DNA from: Eledone cirrhosa
Taxonomy: Eukaryota
Direction: 5' to 3'
NCBI GenBank assembly: GCA_964016885.1
Contig: OZ024742.1
Span: 235,166,001-235,230,000, forward strand
DNA length: 64,000 bases
Positions 51,431-64,000 of the stretch are shown here, one piece after another. The notes beneath the pieces were generated by a model. That model was not told the DNA's origin. It searched no databases and was given only the letters and a program-made list of their open reading frames with translations. The position numbers were made by a program, and so were the translations under genes. Position 1 is the first letter of the stretch, and the number at the start of each line of letters is the position of its first letter.

Positions 51431-51846
51431 AGTGCAGCTCACTGTTCACCTGCCAACTGTCAGAGCTAGTGAAAATATATACTATTTTCTAAAATATACA
51501 GTGACTGATCGGCCTGATTTGCATTTTAGCAGACCGGCTGATCAGTCAGATCTGCATATTAGCAGATCCACTGATTAGCCAGATTTGCATATCAGCAGAC
51601 TGGCCAGTCAGTTTCCTGTATACAAGTGATAAATGGCCAGCTTTGCCAAATTCAAATAAAAAAAGAAACTTTTCGCTCTACATGGCTGAATACAATAAAG
51701 GTAATACAATAAATGTAATATGCAGATCTGACTGATCAGCTGGTCTTCTAATATGCAAATCAGGCCGATCAGTCACTGTATATTTTAGAAAATAGCATAT
51801 ATTTTCACTAGTTCTGACAGTTGGCAAGTGAACAGTGAGCTGTACT
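51431..51846. repeat. Inverted repeat, 131-bp arms, ~154-bp spacer
   Basis: 51431-51561 versus 51716-51846, 7 mismatches counted by eye. Confidence 0.9.
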
Positions 51847-53558
51847 TAGCATTTGTCGACCTAGAGAAAGCTTTTTTTTTTTTTTTTTTTTTTTGACAGG
51901 GTCCCCTGTTCTGTAATCTGGCAGGCTCTTAGGAAACTAACAATAGAGAGTGGCTAGTGAGGGCAGTACAAGCCATGTACAGAAGTGCTGTCAACAAGGT
52001 AAAAGTTAATAATGACTATAGCAAGGAGTTTAGTGTGCAAGTTGGGGTAAACCAAGGCTCCATCCTTAGTCCTCTCCTGTTTATTATTGTCCTCCAGTCC
52101 ATAACAAGAGTTTAAAAAAGGATGCCCTTGGGAACTCCTCTATGCTGATGATCTCTATTAGTTGAATCTATGTTAGAACTAGAGAAAAAATTCCTGACAT
52201 GAAAACATATCCTGTAATCAAAAGGTCTTAAAGTCAACTTCGTAAAGACCAAAGTTCTAGTTGGGAAAACAAGGCCTTGATCCCTTCTGGGAAATGGCCA
52301 TGCTCAGTGTGTAGGAAAGGGGTGGGTAGAGATTCCATCCTCTGGCCCAAACGCAAGCTATGGGTACATAAAAGATGTAGTGGGATCTCAGGTAAGTTAG
52401 CTAAGAATGTAGGTTTTACTTGTGGCCGTTGCACAGGAGCAGTAATAAATACTCACAGGAAACAAGTGCTATCAAATTCATTCTTGGAAGGTTCCATAGA
52501 AGCAGTTGACAGCTTCTTTTACCTGGGTGACCAAATTAGCAGTGGAGGTCGGTGTGCCAAAAGTACTGTAGCCAGAGTGAGAACGGAATGGAAAAAGTTC
52601 AGGGAGCTACTACAAAAGGATTTTCCCTCAAAATAAAGGGCGGATTGTATGATGTATAGTGATGTGGTAGTGAGACCTGGGCACTGTGTGCAGAGGACAA
52701 GCAAATATTGGGAAAAAATGAAGCTGGCATGCTTTGATGGATGTGTAATATTAATATACATGAACAGCAAAACATAAATGAACTGAGAAACTGGGAATAA
52801 GAGGGATCAGATGCAGTGTGCAGGAGAGGAGATTCCATTGGTATGGCCATGTGATGAGTATGAAGCATGACAGTTGTTATAAAAAGGTGCAGGACAATCA
52901 AAGTTGATGGAAGCTATGGAAGAGGACGACATAGGGAAGCTTGGGACGAGGTGATAAAAGTGGAACTTGCACAATTACACCTCTCAAAGGTGATGACACA
53001 GGATCGAGATCTCTGGCATTATCCAGTAATACAGAAAACCTACGTTCCTATGTGCACAGGTTAAAGGATACATCTAGTATGTACTGCTTTCCCTTACCTC
53101 TCCTCCTCCTTCCATATACTTCTCACACCCTAACACTCCACCCACGTCCTAACACCCCACCCTTCATCCACCTCACTCCACCCCATTAGATCTCCCTCTT
53201 CAATCCCCATGCACCCCTCCCAACCAACCCCCAGTCCACACTATGAAGTGGTTGTTTTGGTGCCACAACAATAAACACTCAATCCCCACTATATTGGTCA
53301 TATTGGTACTATGACAAAAAGTACCCAACCCACACAGTAAAGTGGTCATGTAGGTGTCACAATAAATAACACCCAATCCACACTGTAAATGTTGTTGATG
53401 TTAGGAAGGGCATCCAGCCATATAAAGCAAGCCAAAATCAGTTCTGTAAGAGCAAGACATGGTTACCTGATCTGGCTTGTCTCACAACGGGACAACTTGT
53501 CTAACCGCTGCTAGCATGCAAAAATGGATGTTAAACAATGGTGATGATGATGATGATG
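51843..53558 (+). mobile_element. 5'-truncated decayed RTE subfamily B
   Basis: Starts at YLAFVDLEKA; LYADD; Cys/His finger; C-rich tract; modules; (GAT)n tail. Confidence 0.9.
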
Positions 53559-53569
53559 CTTGATTTTCT

Positions 53570-56250
53570 TTCACTGATATATCAAGATTTTCACACCTTT
53601 GATCCTCTGAAGCAATTAGTTGATCCCCTTTTCCTCTATTCATTGGGTTCGCACTCTCAGCTAGAGGTACCAGTGCTTCCATGTCTAGTGTAGATGGTGC
53701 AAGATGCCAGGTCGAGACAGTATCAACTCTACATTTTTGAAACTCCATGTTCGCAAAATTGGGAGAAATTGTTTGACCCCTTCAATCAATGGATCTCATT
53801 TAAGCCATATCTGTTTCTTGTAGAGCAGTGTACTTCCACTATCCTGCAAGTATTTTGGTGAACATGTATCTATGACTGAGGCTCTGGGCAATCTGATGAA
53901 TTGTTCATGTGGAGTCTCATTTGTCGAGGTACAAAGAAATGATCTTATTGAAGAAAAGGTTGATGGTAGTACAATCTTCTGTGCTTATTTAGGAATATTA
54001 AATGAATGTAAAGCTTAGTTGATAGTTTTTAGCAGTGTGCCATTCTCTCTCTTCCATTGACCATTCCCTTGTGGTCTGTATGCTGTATGAAGTGTTTCAA
54101 CTCTTGATAACCTTGTTGTTTTGCAAAAACAGCCATAGCTTGGCACTCACAAATTGAGTACTTCGGTCTGAATGTATGCTCCCTGGTATCTCAAACATTG
54201 AGAAGAGGTTTAATAGTTGTCATGGAAAAGCAAAGGGGTATCTGCTGTACTCATTGACCAGCACCAGTAAATATCCTTAATGAATACTAATTGGCTGCAA
54301 ATTTTGCAGTAGTGGAGCATCCTAGTTAAACCAGGATGACATAGTTGGTGGTGGAGTATTAATAGGCTTGTGGTGGTTTGTAAGTTACCACATCTGGATG
54401 GAGTGTCTGCTGCTTTGTTCAATAGGAAATTGTGTAATTTAACTCCATTTGCCATTGAATGAATTTGTCACTTTTGACTTTTGTTGTTTTGTTCTTATCA
54501 AAGATAACAAACACAGAACGTTGATCTGTTACAATATTGCAATGTGGAACATAAACCAATTAAGTGCCACCATCTGTGACATCATTCAATGATTGCACAT
54601 GCCTCTCTTTACATAATAGACTATCTATTCTTGTGTGTTGACAATACAATAATGCATTAATATTCCCCTAAGTGCAGTGTCAGATTCATCTGTCTCGACT
54701 GTATGTAAAAGGGGAGCTAATATGAACCTAGTTAAAGCTTCCTTTAGACATTTTATTGAAATTTTGGCTTCCTCAGACCATTGGCATTGATTGTTTCCTG
54801 TGATTCAGAGAGAGAAACTGTCAATTCAGAACAGGGAGGGATCCATTGTTCTGGCATTTGTAGGTGAGCTTGGTAGTGCTCAGGGTCTGGCTGAACAGTG
54901 TTGTATTCTAGAACATTACCTAGAAACTGTATCCGCTTTTGAGTAAATCAGCTTTTTTTGTAGGTGATTTGCACAGCAATTGCTTTAATTGCCATCTTGA
55001 ATTTATCTAGGTTTCTATCATGCTCATCTGAATCAGATCCACCAATAATAATTATTTTTACTTTTGGCACAAGGCCAGCAATTATCCCAGTGCATTACTG
55101 GTGCTTTATTTTATCGACCCCATAAGGATGAAAGGTAAAGCTAACCTCAGCGGGATTTGAACTCAGACCGTAACTCTATGCTGCAAAGCATGGTGCCCGA
55201 CCCCCTACCGATACTGCCAATTCACCACCAATAATAATGTCATCTCTATATGTCTTATAAATTTGTCCATGACTTGCTGAAAAATGGTGACCACATTTAT
55301 ACAGCTGAAAGGAAGCTGCTTGAATTCATACAGATGATTATCTGCTTCAAAAGTTGTCAGACTGTAATCATTGGGGTTAAGCTTTATCTCACGGTAGGCA
55401 TCATTAAGATCAATTGTTGAGAAAATTTGGTTTTGAGAAATTTGATTTATGAGATCATTAATTCGAGAAGTATAGGAGTCCAGTTGGGTATACTGATTGA
55501 TTGTATTAGAATAGTCTATAACAAGTTTATTTTTCCAACCATTCGTTACAATGAAGCCCTGTGCCCCCAAGGGACGATGGCTGGGTTAGATGATTTCAGC
55601 TTCCAGCATTCGATTAATCTCACGGCGAATGAACTTTATGCCCTTACCTGAACATCTTGATTTGACAGCTAAGTCTTAATGCCGATGTCTTTGGGGGACT
55701 GAAATGTCACTGTGGTAGGTCTCTTGACTCCACAGATCTTCATGGTTTGTCTTGCCACCTGAATGCATGTCGTTTCACTCACCATACAAAGCTAAACTTA
55801 TTAAGCAGGCCCTGGGTCAGATAAATATCAAGTAAATATCTTTTCAATTCTGGAACTGACTGGATTGTCCAGAGTTGATGGGAAGAAACTAAATAGTTTT
55901 ACTGTTTGTCCCTGAGTATCAGGTAGGTGTCTCATTTGCCCCTTTTCACAGCCTGGATGCTGTGGTAAAAGAAAGGGTCACTGTTTCTATAGCCAAACAG
56001 AATGATATTCTAAAATACCAGGAATTATTGGCAAACTATTTTTTCCAGGCTGTTTGGGAGAGCCAGACCACTGATAATGAAGTTCTTGTCATCATTGGAA
56101 GCTCACCTTACTGAAGTATTCATAGATACTCCCGAGGTTACTAGGTTGTTCCAGTGCCTTAGCCTCACTATCATCTGCAGTAATGCTGCATGTTAGCTTG
56201 CTTCAAAAAGTATTGAGGGAGGTTCTGGCACCCCTTGTGGTGTGTGACCG
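53570..56250 (-). mobile_element. Highly decayed Gypsy/Ty3 LTR retrotransposon internal region
   Basis: LVIDYSNTINQYT.LD, FSTIDLNDAY, TTFEADNHLYEFKQLPF...FQQVMD, EHDRNL, IQFLG, ETDESD (RNase H), with integrase-like remnants to the left. No LTRs recognised. Confidence 0.75.
55047..55224 (-). mobile_element. Meta-like SINE inserted in the Gypsy RT
   Basis: 14-bp TSD CCACCAATAATAAT at 55039-55052 and 55225-55238. Confidence 0.88.
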
Positions 56251-57668
56251 ATTTACTTAGTGTTGAATTAATATCTTCTTTCAATATGATTTTATATTTT
56301 TATGTGAAATATGTATGTAATTAAGTATTATATATATTTGTGTGTATATTTTCTTTCTGTAATAATTATAAATAATTTGTAACGTTGTTTATACAATTGT
56401 AAATAAACTGATAAACTGCATTCCAGCTAAAAATGTTCATTATATATATTGTTTTTATATGTAAATAAAAATTACACAAACATTACAAATATTTGATACT
56501 AGCAGTAACATTTGTTTATACCCGCCCTAAATAGTAAGTCCTGTAGCATGAAGACGAGTGACATGTACTTTTTAAATAACATGGGTTGATGTGAATAAGG
56601 GCATCCAACCATTGTAAAACATATTGTCCATGTTAACATGGAAAAGCAGTAGTAAAAACATAGATGATGGTGATAACAGTAATGGTAGCAGTGGTGATAG
56701 TGGCAGGAGTGGAGCATGAAGCAGAACACTGAACTTCCAATGAATTCATCTCATTTTACTAAGTTTGACATACATAATAGGGTTACCATCTGTTTTTAGA
56801 TAAGATTAATGGCAAATAGAGTAGAATATGGAAAGCTTCTGATGATATTATGATAGCTATAGTAGAGCAGTTTCATTCAACATTCTAATCCACCCACTTA
56901 AACATACATGTACTCCTACACACACATGTAGATAACAGTTCCTTTAAAAAATAACAATAACAAAAAAAATCCACCCCCTCCCACTGCAAAGTGGTCGTGT
57001 AGGTGTAACGACTAAAAAAGCACCCAGTCCACATTGTAAATTGGTTGTGTAGGCGCCACAGTATAAAAGCACCCAGTACTCACTGTAAATGAGGTTGATG
57101 TTAGGAAGGGCATCTAGCTGTGGAAATAAAGCCAAAATCAGTTCTGTATGAGCAAGACATGGTCACCTGACCTGGCATTGCCCACAACAGGACAACTCAT
57201 ACTAGCGTGGAAGAATGAACGTAAAACGATAATGATGATTATTATTATTATTATTATAAGAAGGCAGTGGATTGGCATCGTATAGTTATGTCCCTTTACA
57301 TTCTGAGTTCAAATCCCACTGAGGTTAACTTTGCTTTTCATCGTTATGGGGATTAAGAACCAATGAAGCACTTGAATAAGTGTCTTATACTATAGCCTTG
57401 GGTTGATCAATGCCTTATGAGTAAAATTAGTAGATAGAAATTGTGCAGAAGCTTGTCATATATATGTGCATGTGCGTGTGTGTGACAGAGAGAGAGAGAG
57501 GGTGTGTTGTTTCCATGTGTCTTTGCTTCACATTGATACTGCTTGGTTACTAGCTGACATTTTCTTGTGTCCTGCAAATTGTGAAAATCAGTACCTTCCT
57601 TTTGTTGTTTTTTATTGTACTTCTTAGGTCTGGAGGAAGTGTTAATGCCCAAGGCCTTCAAAAAAACC

Positions 57669-58162
57669 TTAACCCTTTAACATTTACATTACTCTATATT
57701 TACTATTGTATTTTCATGGTAAAATAATAATGAAAATATTGTGTACAGTGCTCAGGTGCACTACAACTCATCAAAAGTGTATGTATAGTACATAGGGTAA
57801 TGTACAAACGTCAGGAAAATGAACAGAGCATGAGTCATGATATACACGTGTGCATGTGTATGGAAGGGAGACATCAGGTGCAGTTTTGGCGAATTTCAGG
57901 AAGCATGAGGGTTTTAAAGGATGCAGTGTCTCGGCAGCTAACAACTGACGCAAGCAGTTTGTTCCATGCTTCAGCAACTCTAAGCGTGAAAAAATGTTTC
58001 TGAAAGTCATGGGAGCTGTGCTGTTTTCTGACCTCACATAATATCGAATCTACGAGAACAGTACCTTAACATCAGTATAAGTGGTCAGTTATGGCCAGTT
58101 TGAACAGAAAGAGGTGGGAGAATTCTGGTCGGATATGGCCGATTTAAATGCTAAAGGGTTAA
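57669..58162. mobile_element. piggyBac-like MITE interrupted by a CR1/L2-type 3' end
   Basis: TTAACCCTTTAACATTT...AAATGCTAAAGGGTTAA. Confidence 0.75.
57722..58035 (-). mobile_element. CR1/L2-group LINE 3' end
   Basis: Minus frame KHFFTLRVAEAWNKL.ASVV...SFK, followed by a 3'UTR and an ATT-rich tail. Confidence 0.7.
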
Positions 58163-58774
58163 AGACTGGTGAGATTAATACTGTTGATGTTCTGCTTAAA
58201 TTGTTGCAATTAAATGTTTAGTAGGAATGACACAATCAGATAAGTAGGTCCAGATGGCCTTAGTCTTACACAGGGAGGACATGTGACACATGTAAATAAT
58301 AGTATCATGCTTAGTATATACATTGAATGGCTGTCAGTTTGGCAATGTTGTTAGAGTATTAGTTATTTATTCCAGCTCTCTGCATTCTGAGTGCAAATCC
58401 CATCGAGGTCTACTTTACCTTTCATCCTTTCAAGTTCAATAAAATAAAGCACTGGCCTAAAGTGCAGCCCTCTCTCCTTCCAGCTATCACATTGTCGATA
58501 TTTCACTGGATCAAGGATGAGTGAGTTGAGACAGTCTCTGTGTTTGCTCGCAACTGCATGGACACCTAAAACCTTTACAGTAAACATGGTACATACTACC
58601 AAGTCATACTTGATTGTGAGTGACAGCTGTGGTTGGAAATTGTACTTGCCTAACATCAAAATACTGGCTATGTACTAAGATAAACTAGCAATTTTCTAAT
58701 GAATTGGAAATCATTTGCTTTTTATATTTAACTGTTTTGTGACCATATTTTTAATAATATACATTTAAATAAAT

Positions 58775-58876
58775 TAATTGTTTCTACTTTTGGCACAAGG
58801 CCAGTAATTACCCAGTACATTACTGGTACCTTATTTTATCGACCCCATAAGGATGAAAACCAAAGTTAACCTCGGC
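58775..58876 (-). mobile_element. 5'-truncated Meta-like SINE in an AT-rich MITE
   Basis: Core and tail present; flanked by TAAATTAAT on both sides. Confidence 0.75.
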
Positions 58877-59149
58877 TATAAATTAATGAAAGATTTGGAG
58901 GAATTTACTAAAATTAATAGTTAATTTACAAAACGCTCTTATATAAAATTATGTTGGAAGGTTTTAAACAGAAAACCTTGAAAATGGGTGGTTTTGTTTC
59001 ATAGAACCAGAAGTACTTTTGGTCAGGTTTGTATCAAAAAGCACTGCCTATATTGTCTACTCAGACAGTACATCCTTGATCTATACATATGTAAGGCCCC
59101 CATCAGTCATAACTGATGGTGGATTTGCACCTGAAGAGTTTCTCTGCAA

Positions 59150-60827
59150 GGCACAAGCCAGGGCAAAGGTAAAGGTGATACTCTAGAAAGGAACAACTAC
59201 AGAGGAATAAAACAAACAGATCAAGTTATGAAAGTGACAGAAAGAGTTCTAGCACAATTAATTGGTGAAAAAGAGTTAAATTAGAAGAGATGTAATTTGG
59301 TTTCATGCCAGAGAGGAGTACCTCAGATGCCCTCTTTTTAGTAAGATGACTACAAGAGAAGTTCTTAGCTAAGAGTAAGCCTCTATATCTAGCTTTTGTT
59401 GATCTAGAGAAAGCCTTTGGCAGAGTTCCCGGATCTGTCATCTGGTGGTCCTTAAGTAAACTAGGAGTAGAAGAGTGGCTTATAAGAGCAGTGCAAATCG
59501 TGTACAGAGGAACTGTATGTAAAGTGGGAATAGGAAGTGAGTTTAGTGAGGAACTCAAGTTACAGGTAGGAGTGCATCCGGGTTCAGTTTTTAGCCCACT
59601 TCTATTTATTCTAGTCCTCCAAGGCTTAACAGGAGTTTAAGATTGGTTGCCCATGAGAACTTCTGTATGTTGTTGATATAGTCCTCATAGCTGTATCTGT
59701 GGAAGAAGTAGAGAATAAATTCCAGTAATGGAAACAGAACTTACAATCAAAAGGGCTGAGAGTAAATGTAGCAAAAAACCAAAATGTTAATAAGTAGGAA
59801 AGAAAATAGGGCACCAATCTCATCAGGGAAGAGGCTTTACTCAATATGTAGAAAAGGAGTAGGCATAAACTCTATATAATGTACAGAATGCAAATCTTGG
59901 GTATACAAGAGATGTAGTTGGACACAGAGACTAAAAGGAAAGAAGACTTTGTATGTAATAGATGATCAAAGCAATTGATAGTAAGAGTGCCAATAAAAGA
60001 GCTGTTTCTCCATCATACTTATATGTGTATATATATAATACATATGTTTTTTGGGGGGTTATTTGTGTATGTATGAATGTGTTTCCTTTAATACATAGAC
60101 AGTGCAACACAGACTTTAAAAAAATAGACCATGACATTTGTTTGTCACATATGTATATAATACATATAGTTATTTTTTTGGTTGTTTGTGTTTTACTGGC
60201 AGCATAGCAATGGGTAATGACCTAGTAATAATAAAATAAATAATATAAACCTTTTCCAGGAAAGATCCATAAAAGTGGTTGATAGCTTCTGCTACCTAAG
60301 TGATATAATCAACAGTGGGGGAGGGTGCTTGGAGAGTATAGTAGCTAGAATAAGGAGAGGATGGAAGAAATTCAGGGAGCTGCTACTCCTGCTAACAACA
60401 AAAGGTTTTTCCCTATGAATGAAAGGTCGATTGTATGATGCCTGGTAATGAGACATCATGAGCAGTGAATGTAGAGGGCATGTGAAAGCTAGAGAGAAAT
60501 GAGACAAGCATGGATGTGCAGTGTTAATGTGTGAGAACAAAGCATGGATGAACTGAAGGAAAACTGGGTATAAGAGGAATTAGAAGTAATGTGCAAGAGA
60601 GGAGAGTACATTCGTATGGACATATGATGTGCATGAATCACTAGGTGAAGAAGTGCCAAGTAATCCAAGTGGAAGGAAGACTAAGGAAGACTTGGATGAG
60701 TGGTGAGAGCTGGTCTCAGATCAATGAAGCTCATGGAGATGACAAAGGAACACAAGTGGAGGGATGCTGTACTGAGAAGGACCTGTCCAACCCATGCAAG
60801 CATGGAACAACAGATGTAAAATGATGA
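59150..60827 (+). mobile_element. Decayed RTE subfamily A, interrupted at ~60010-60255
   Basis: YLAFVDLEKAF, decayed finger and FCYL. The tail CCCATGCAAGCATGG...ATGATGAT follows the ORF end directly. Confidence 0.85.
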
Positions 60828-62001
60828 TATATATATATTTATCCACATATAATGTAAGTATATATATATATACACACACACACATGTATATATATATACA
60901 CACACACATACCAAACAGAGGCAAGAGAACATTTCAACCTTCCTAGTCTTGGTGCCACAATAAAATCAATACCTCTGATTAAGTAGTGATTTAGTCTGTG
61001 ACAAGCCTTCCAACCCTTGCTAGAAGAGAAAATGGACACCAAATGATGATACATATAAATATATTTATTTACACACACACAAACACAGTAAATAATTAGA
61101 TTTATTAGAAATCTAATTAAAGTAGTAAGTACCTATAATTTAATCCTTTCCACTGAATACTATTCTTATAGGCTGTCTTCAACAATGAGTTTCATATCTT
61201 ATTAATGAACGAATACTATGTAGTTGTTTCAAGCTAAAACTTAAATTGTGATAAATTCCAATTGGTCAGCAGTTAAATATTGACGTAATAACACTAAGCT
61301 AATAGTACAACCAGCAATGATTTTAATTTATTAAATTGTACATTAAATGTACATATTTAAACAAAAAGCACTATTAATTCTTAACATCCTGTAATGATTT
61401 AGCAGAAAATATTTTAAAATGTTTAATTCAAATATAGTATTTTTACTAGTAGAAAGATTGTGAAAATGTGTAGTATTAAACTAAAGACTTTAGTTTTTAA
61501 TGTGATGCAGTCATAGCACTGTTTTGTACATTTTAAGAATACCTTGTTAATGCAGTTCTATGACGAACAGGATGTTAAGAGTTAAAAGGGTGAATATATT
61601 TGAAAAGAACAGAACAAATAATTCTCTTTAAGTGGGTTTATTCTCACAAAACTGGGGCTCAATAACTTGACATTAGTTTATTTGTACTTAAAATCATTGC
61701 TTGAAAGTTCTTTTTAAGCAACATTACCAAATAATGCAAAATGAAAGTTAAGTAAGATTGATTTTATCATGGAAACTGTAATATCAAAGCCATTGATTTA
61801 ACAAATCCTTTCAAAATGATTTTATTGGATATACAATAAGGAAAAAGAGCAATGAATAATGTGGTGTGCTAACCACAGCACACCAGTATGCATTGAGAGT
61901 GAGCTGAGTCTACAAGTAGACCTATAGTTTTAGAAGCTTGATAACTTCAAAAAGAAGGGGAAAAAAGATATGAGAGAGAAGATTATCTAAATCAATAAGG
62001 G

Positions 62002-62226
62002 TTAGAAGATGTGTGATCCATAACCAAATCTCTGTTTTATGCGTGCCCAATAGTTCTGACTCCACCCGTCTTGTGTATATTCATATTCTTTCTTTGGTAT
62101 TCCTGTCTGAGTAAGATGTAACATGGTAGCATCACCCTTTTCTTCAAATTCTAATGTCACATGAGAAAAATGATCCTTTGGCCAGTTTTTTAAACGCCAT
62201 TTCTGAACTATCTTTTTGTTAGGAAC
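62002..62226 (-). CDS. AHSA1: Activator of Hsp90 ATPase (AHA1), terminal coding exon
   Basis: VPNKKIVQKWRLKNWPKDHFSHVTLEF...TQTGIP...TQDGWSQNYWARIKQRFGYGSHIF* matches the AHA1 C-terminal domain end. Acceptor ttttcag|GTT; stop TAA at 62004-62002. Confidence 0.9.
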   Translation of the reverse strand, partial: VPNKKIVQKWRLKNWPKDHFSHVTLEFEEKGDATMLHLTQTGIPKKEYEYTQDGWSQNYWARIKQRFGYGSHIF

Positions 62227-63174
62227 CTGAAAATATATAATAAATAAAACTGAAGAAATATATTGCAAAAATTATTGGGAATGAAAGTTTTTCTTTATAT
62301 TCACCTTTTTAACCCCTTTGTGACCATATTTTTAATGAAATACATTGTATTCTAAATAATTTAAGAGAGTTAACATTTGTTTTATTAATTCAAAACTTCA
62401 GAAAAAAGGGGAGGAGGAGCAAACTTTACAATCTGAACTAGATGGTGTATCTCAGCTGTGCCCTGTGGACATGAAGGCAAAAGCATTGTCACAAAAACAG
62501 CCAGTGAAACCTGCTGCCTCAAGTGGGATGCCCACCTCCCCATCTTGCAAACGAAAATGGCAGTCCAGGAACCAAGAACACTGAAAATCTTGATGCCAAC
62601 CAGCACAAATAATGAAGAATTTGGAGGGATTTACTAAAATCATTAATTATTTCATTATTAAGACCCTACCTCATCCTCCCTCTCCGTCTACTGTGCCGAT
62701 GGCACAAGGTGGCCGTGTAGGAAACACGGTGAAAAGACTCCCAGTCCACACTGTAAATGTGGTTGGTGTTAGGATGGGCATCCAGCTGTAAAAAAAAAAA
62801 AAAAACCCCGGCCAGAGACGCTTCCGTGCGAGCTAGACATGGTCTCCCGACCATTCCCACATCAAATGGAACAAAACCGTCTAACTCATGCTAGCATGGA
62901 AGATGGATGTATGATGATGATGATGATGATAAGACAGTACTTATAACCTAACTTAACAAAAGGTTCTTGTATCAAATTATGTTGAAAGATTTTAATTTAA
63001 ATTGGAATCCTTGAAAATGGATGGTTTTGTTTTATAAAACCAAAGGTAGTTTTGGGTGGGCTGGTATTACTTTCACACACACCCTTTAACTTTTCAATAT
63101 GTTATTCACTGAATATGGAATTGTAGTTACTGCAGCTCACAAGAAATTTCTTGAGTTTTTTAATGATCGGGGTA

Positions 63175-63378
63175 ACAGTACTACCATGAAAAGACTCCTC
63201 CCTGGACCAAACATAAGTTTGTTGCAGGGGTCAACCCCAAATGCTGCTGGTACACATTTTTTCAGAGAACTGGTGTAGCATACTCAAAAATACAATTCAT
63301 CACCTAGTCCGGGAATCGAACCCATGACCATACAATCATGGGTCTAAAACCTTAACAACAAGGTTACATGCCTTCACT
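63175..63378 (-). mobile_element. Degenerate tRNA-derived SINE in the AHA1 last intron
   Basis: Minus strand GAAGGCATG...GGGTTCGATTCCCGGAC (B box). Confidence 0.55.
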
Positions 63379-63964
63379 TGATTTCTTGTCATTCTTAATC
63401 AGTCAGGCTATAAAGATCAATAAAATGTGATCATTACATAATCATCTATTCTTTAGTGTTATACATATATTGCACCTATCATTGGTATGAAATCGTCTGA
63501 AACTGACAGTGGTTTTACAATATAAAATTGTTTTAAAGTGTTTATATATATCTAAAAATATTCCATCATCACTTTACATTAGAGAACCATTAAATTATGC
63601 TTAATAATGAGAAAGTTATTTATATTACGAAATCCTTTCAGATACTTTGAAAATCATAGCAATGTCTTCCATTAGAAATATAGCAATGAAAAGGAAAATC
63701 ATACAACTCCCCAATATTAATCAACATCACGGCCTTTTAATATCTATTTTCCATGCTGGTATGGGTTAGTTTGGAATAGTTTCTACAATTGGACATCCTT
63801 ATGTAAACTACAGCATATACTGGGTGCATTATATTGTGGCACTAGCAGTGTGTCTTAGCCATCATTTTACAAGTTTTTCCATGTTTACATATAAAACAAC
63901 ATACAGAATTTATTATAATCAATATCATTAACTCAAAGTAAAATGTAAATACTTTTTTACTTAC

Positions 63965-64000
63965 AGTTTCAATAAATGTTCCAGTTACAAATCCTGAATA
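63965..64000 (-). CDS. AHSA1: AHA1 penultimate exon, 3' end only (continues beyond the window)
   Basis: The minus strand reads YSGFVTGTFIET|GTAAGT. The phase-0 donor joins to VPNKK and fits the AHA1 'GxVxGxFxxxVP' segment. Confidence 0.8.

Noticed and set aside
51872-51894. 23-nt poly(T) inside an RTE as an antisense retrocopy tail
   Set aside because: Sits at the native GCTTTTGAC T-run with no TSD or body; slippage is sufficient.

Overview
AT-rich animal genomic DNA. The SINE/LINE repertoire suggests a cephalopod such as octopus (inference). Two host genes lie on the minus strand: an alpha/beta-type syntrophin (exon 1 at 47254-47764, exon 2 at 13604-13983, separated by a ~33 kb intron) and the last two exons of AHA1/AHSA1. 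Much of the remainder is transposable-element debris: many RTE-clade LINEs, a Tx1/L1-group LINE split by an RTE, a Penelope-like element, a CR1/L2 3' end, a decayed Gypsy element, a complete but mutated Chapaev3-type DNA transposon, TTAA-CCCTTT MITEs and several tRNA-derived SINE families. The most notable observations are (1) a C4HC3 PHD-type finger inserted inside the reverse transcriptase of the dominant RTE families; (2) an RTE subfamily whose 3' end appears to be a captured non-autonomous 5'UTR+tail module; (3) several fold-back inverted duplications, three at retro-insertion junctions and one enclosed by a TSD; and (4) a compact hammerhead-ribozyme motif in the syntrophin intron. Boundaries of decayed elements are approximate and were read by eye.
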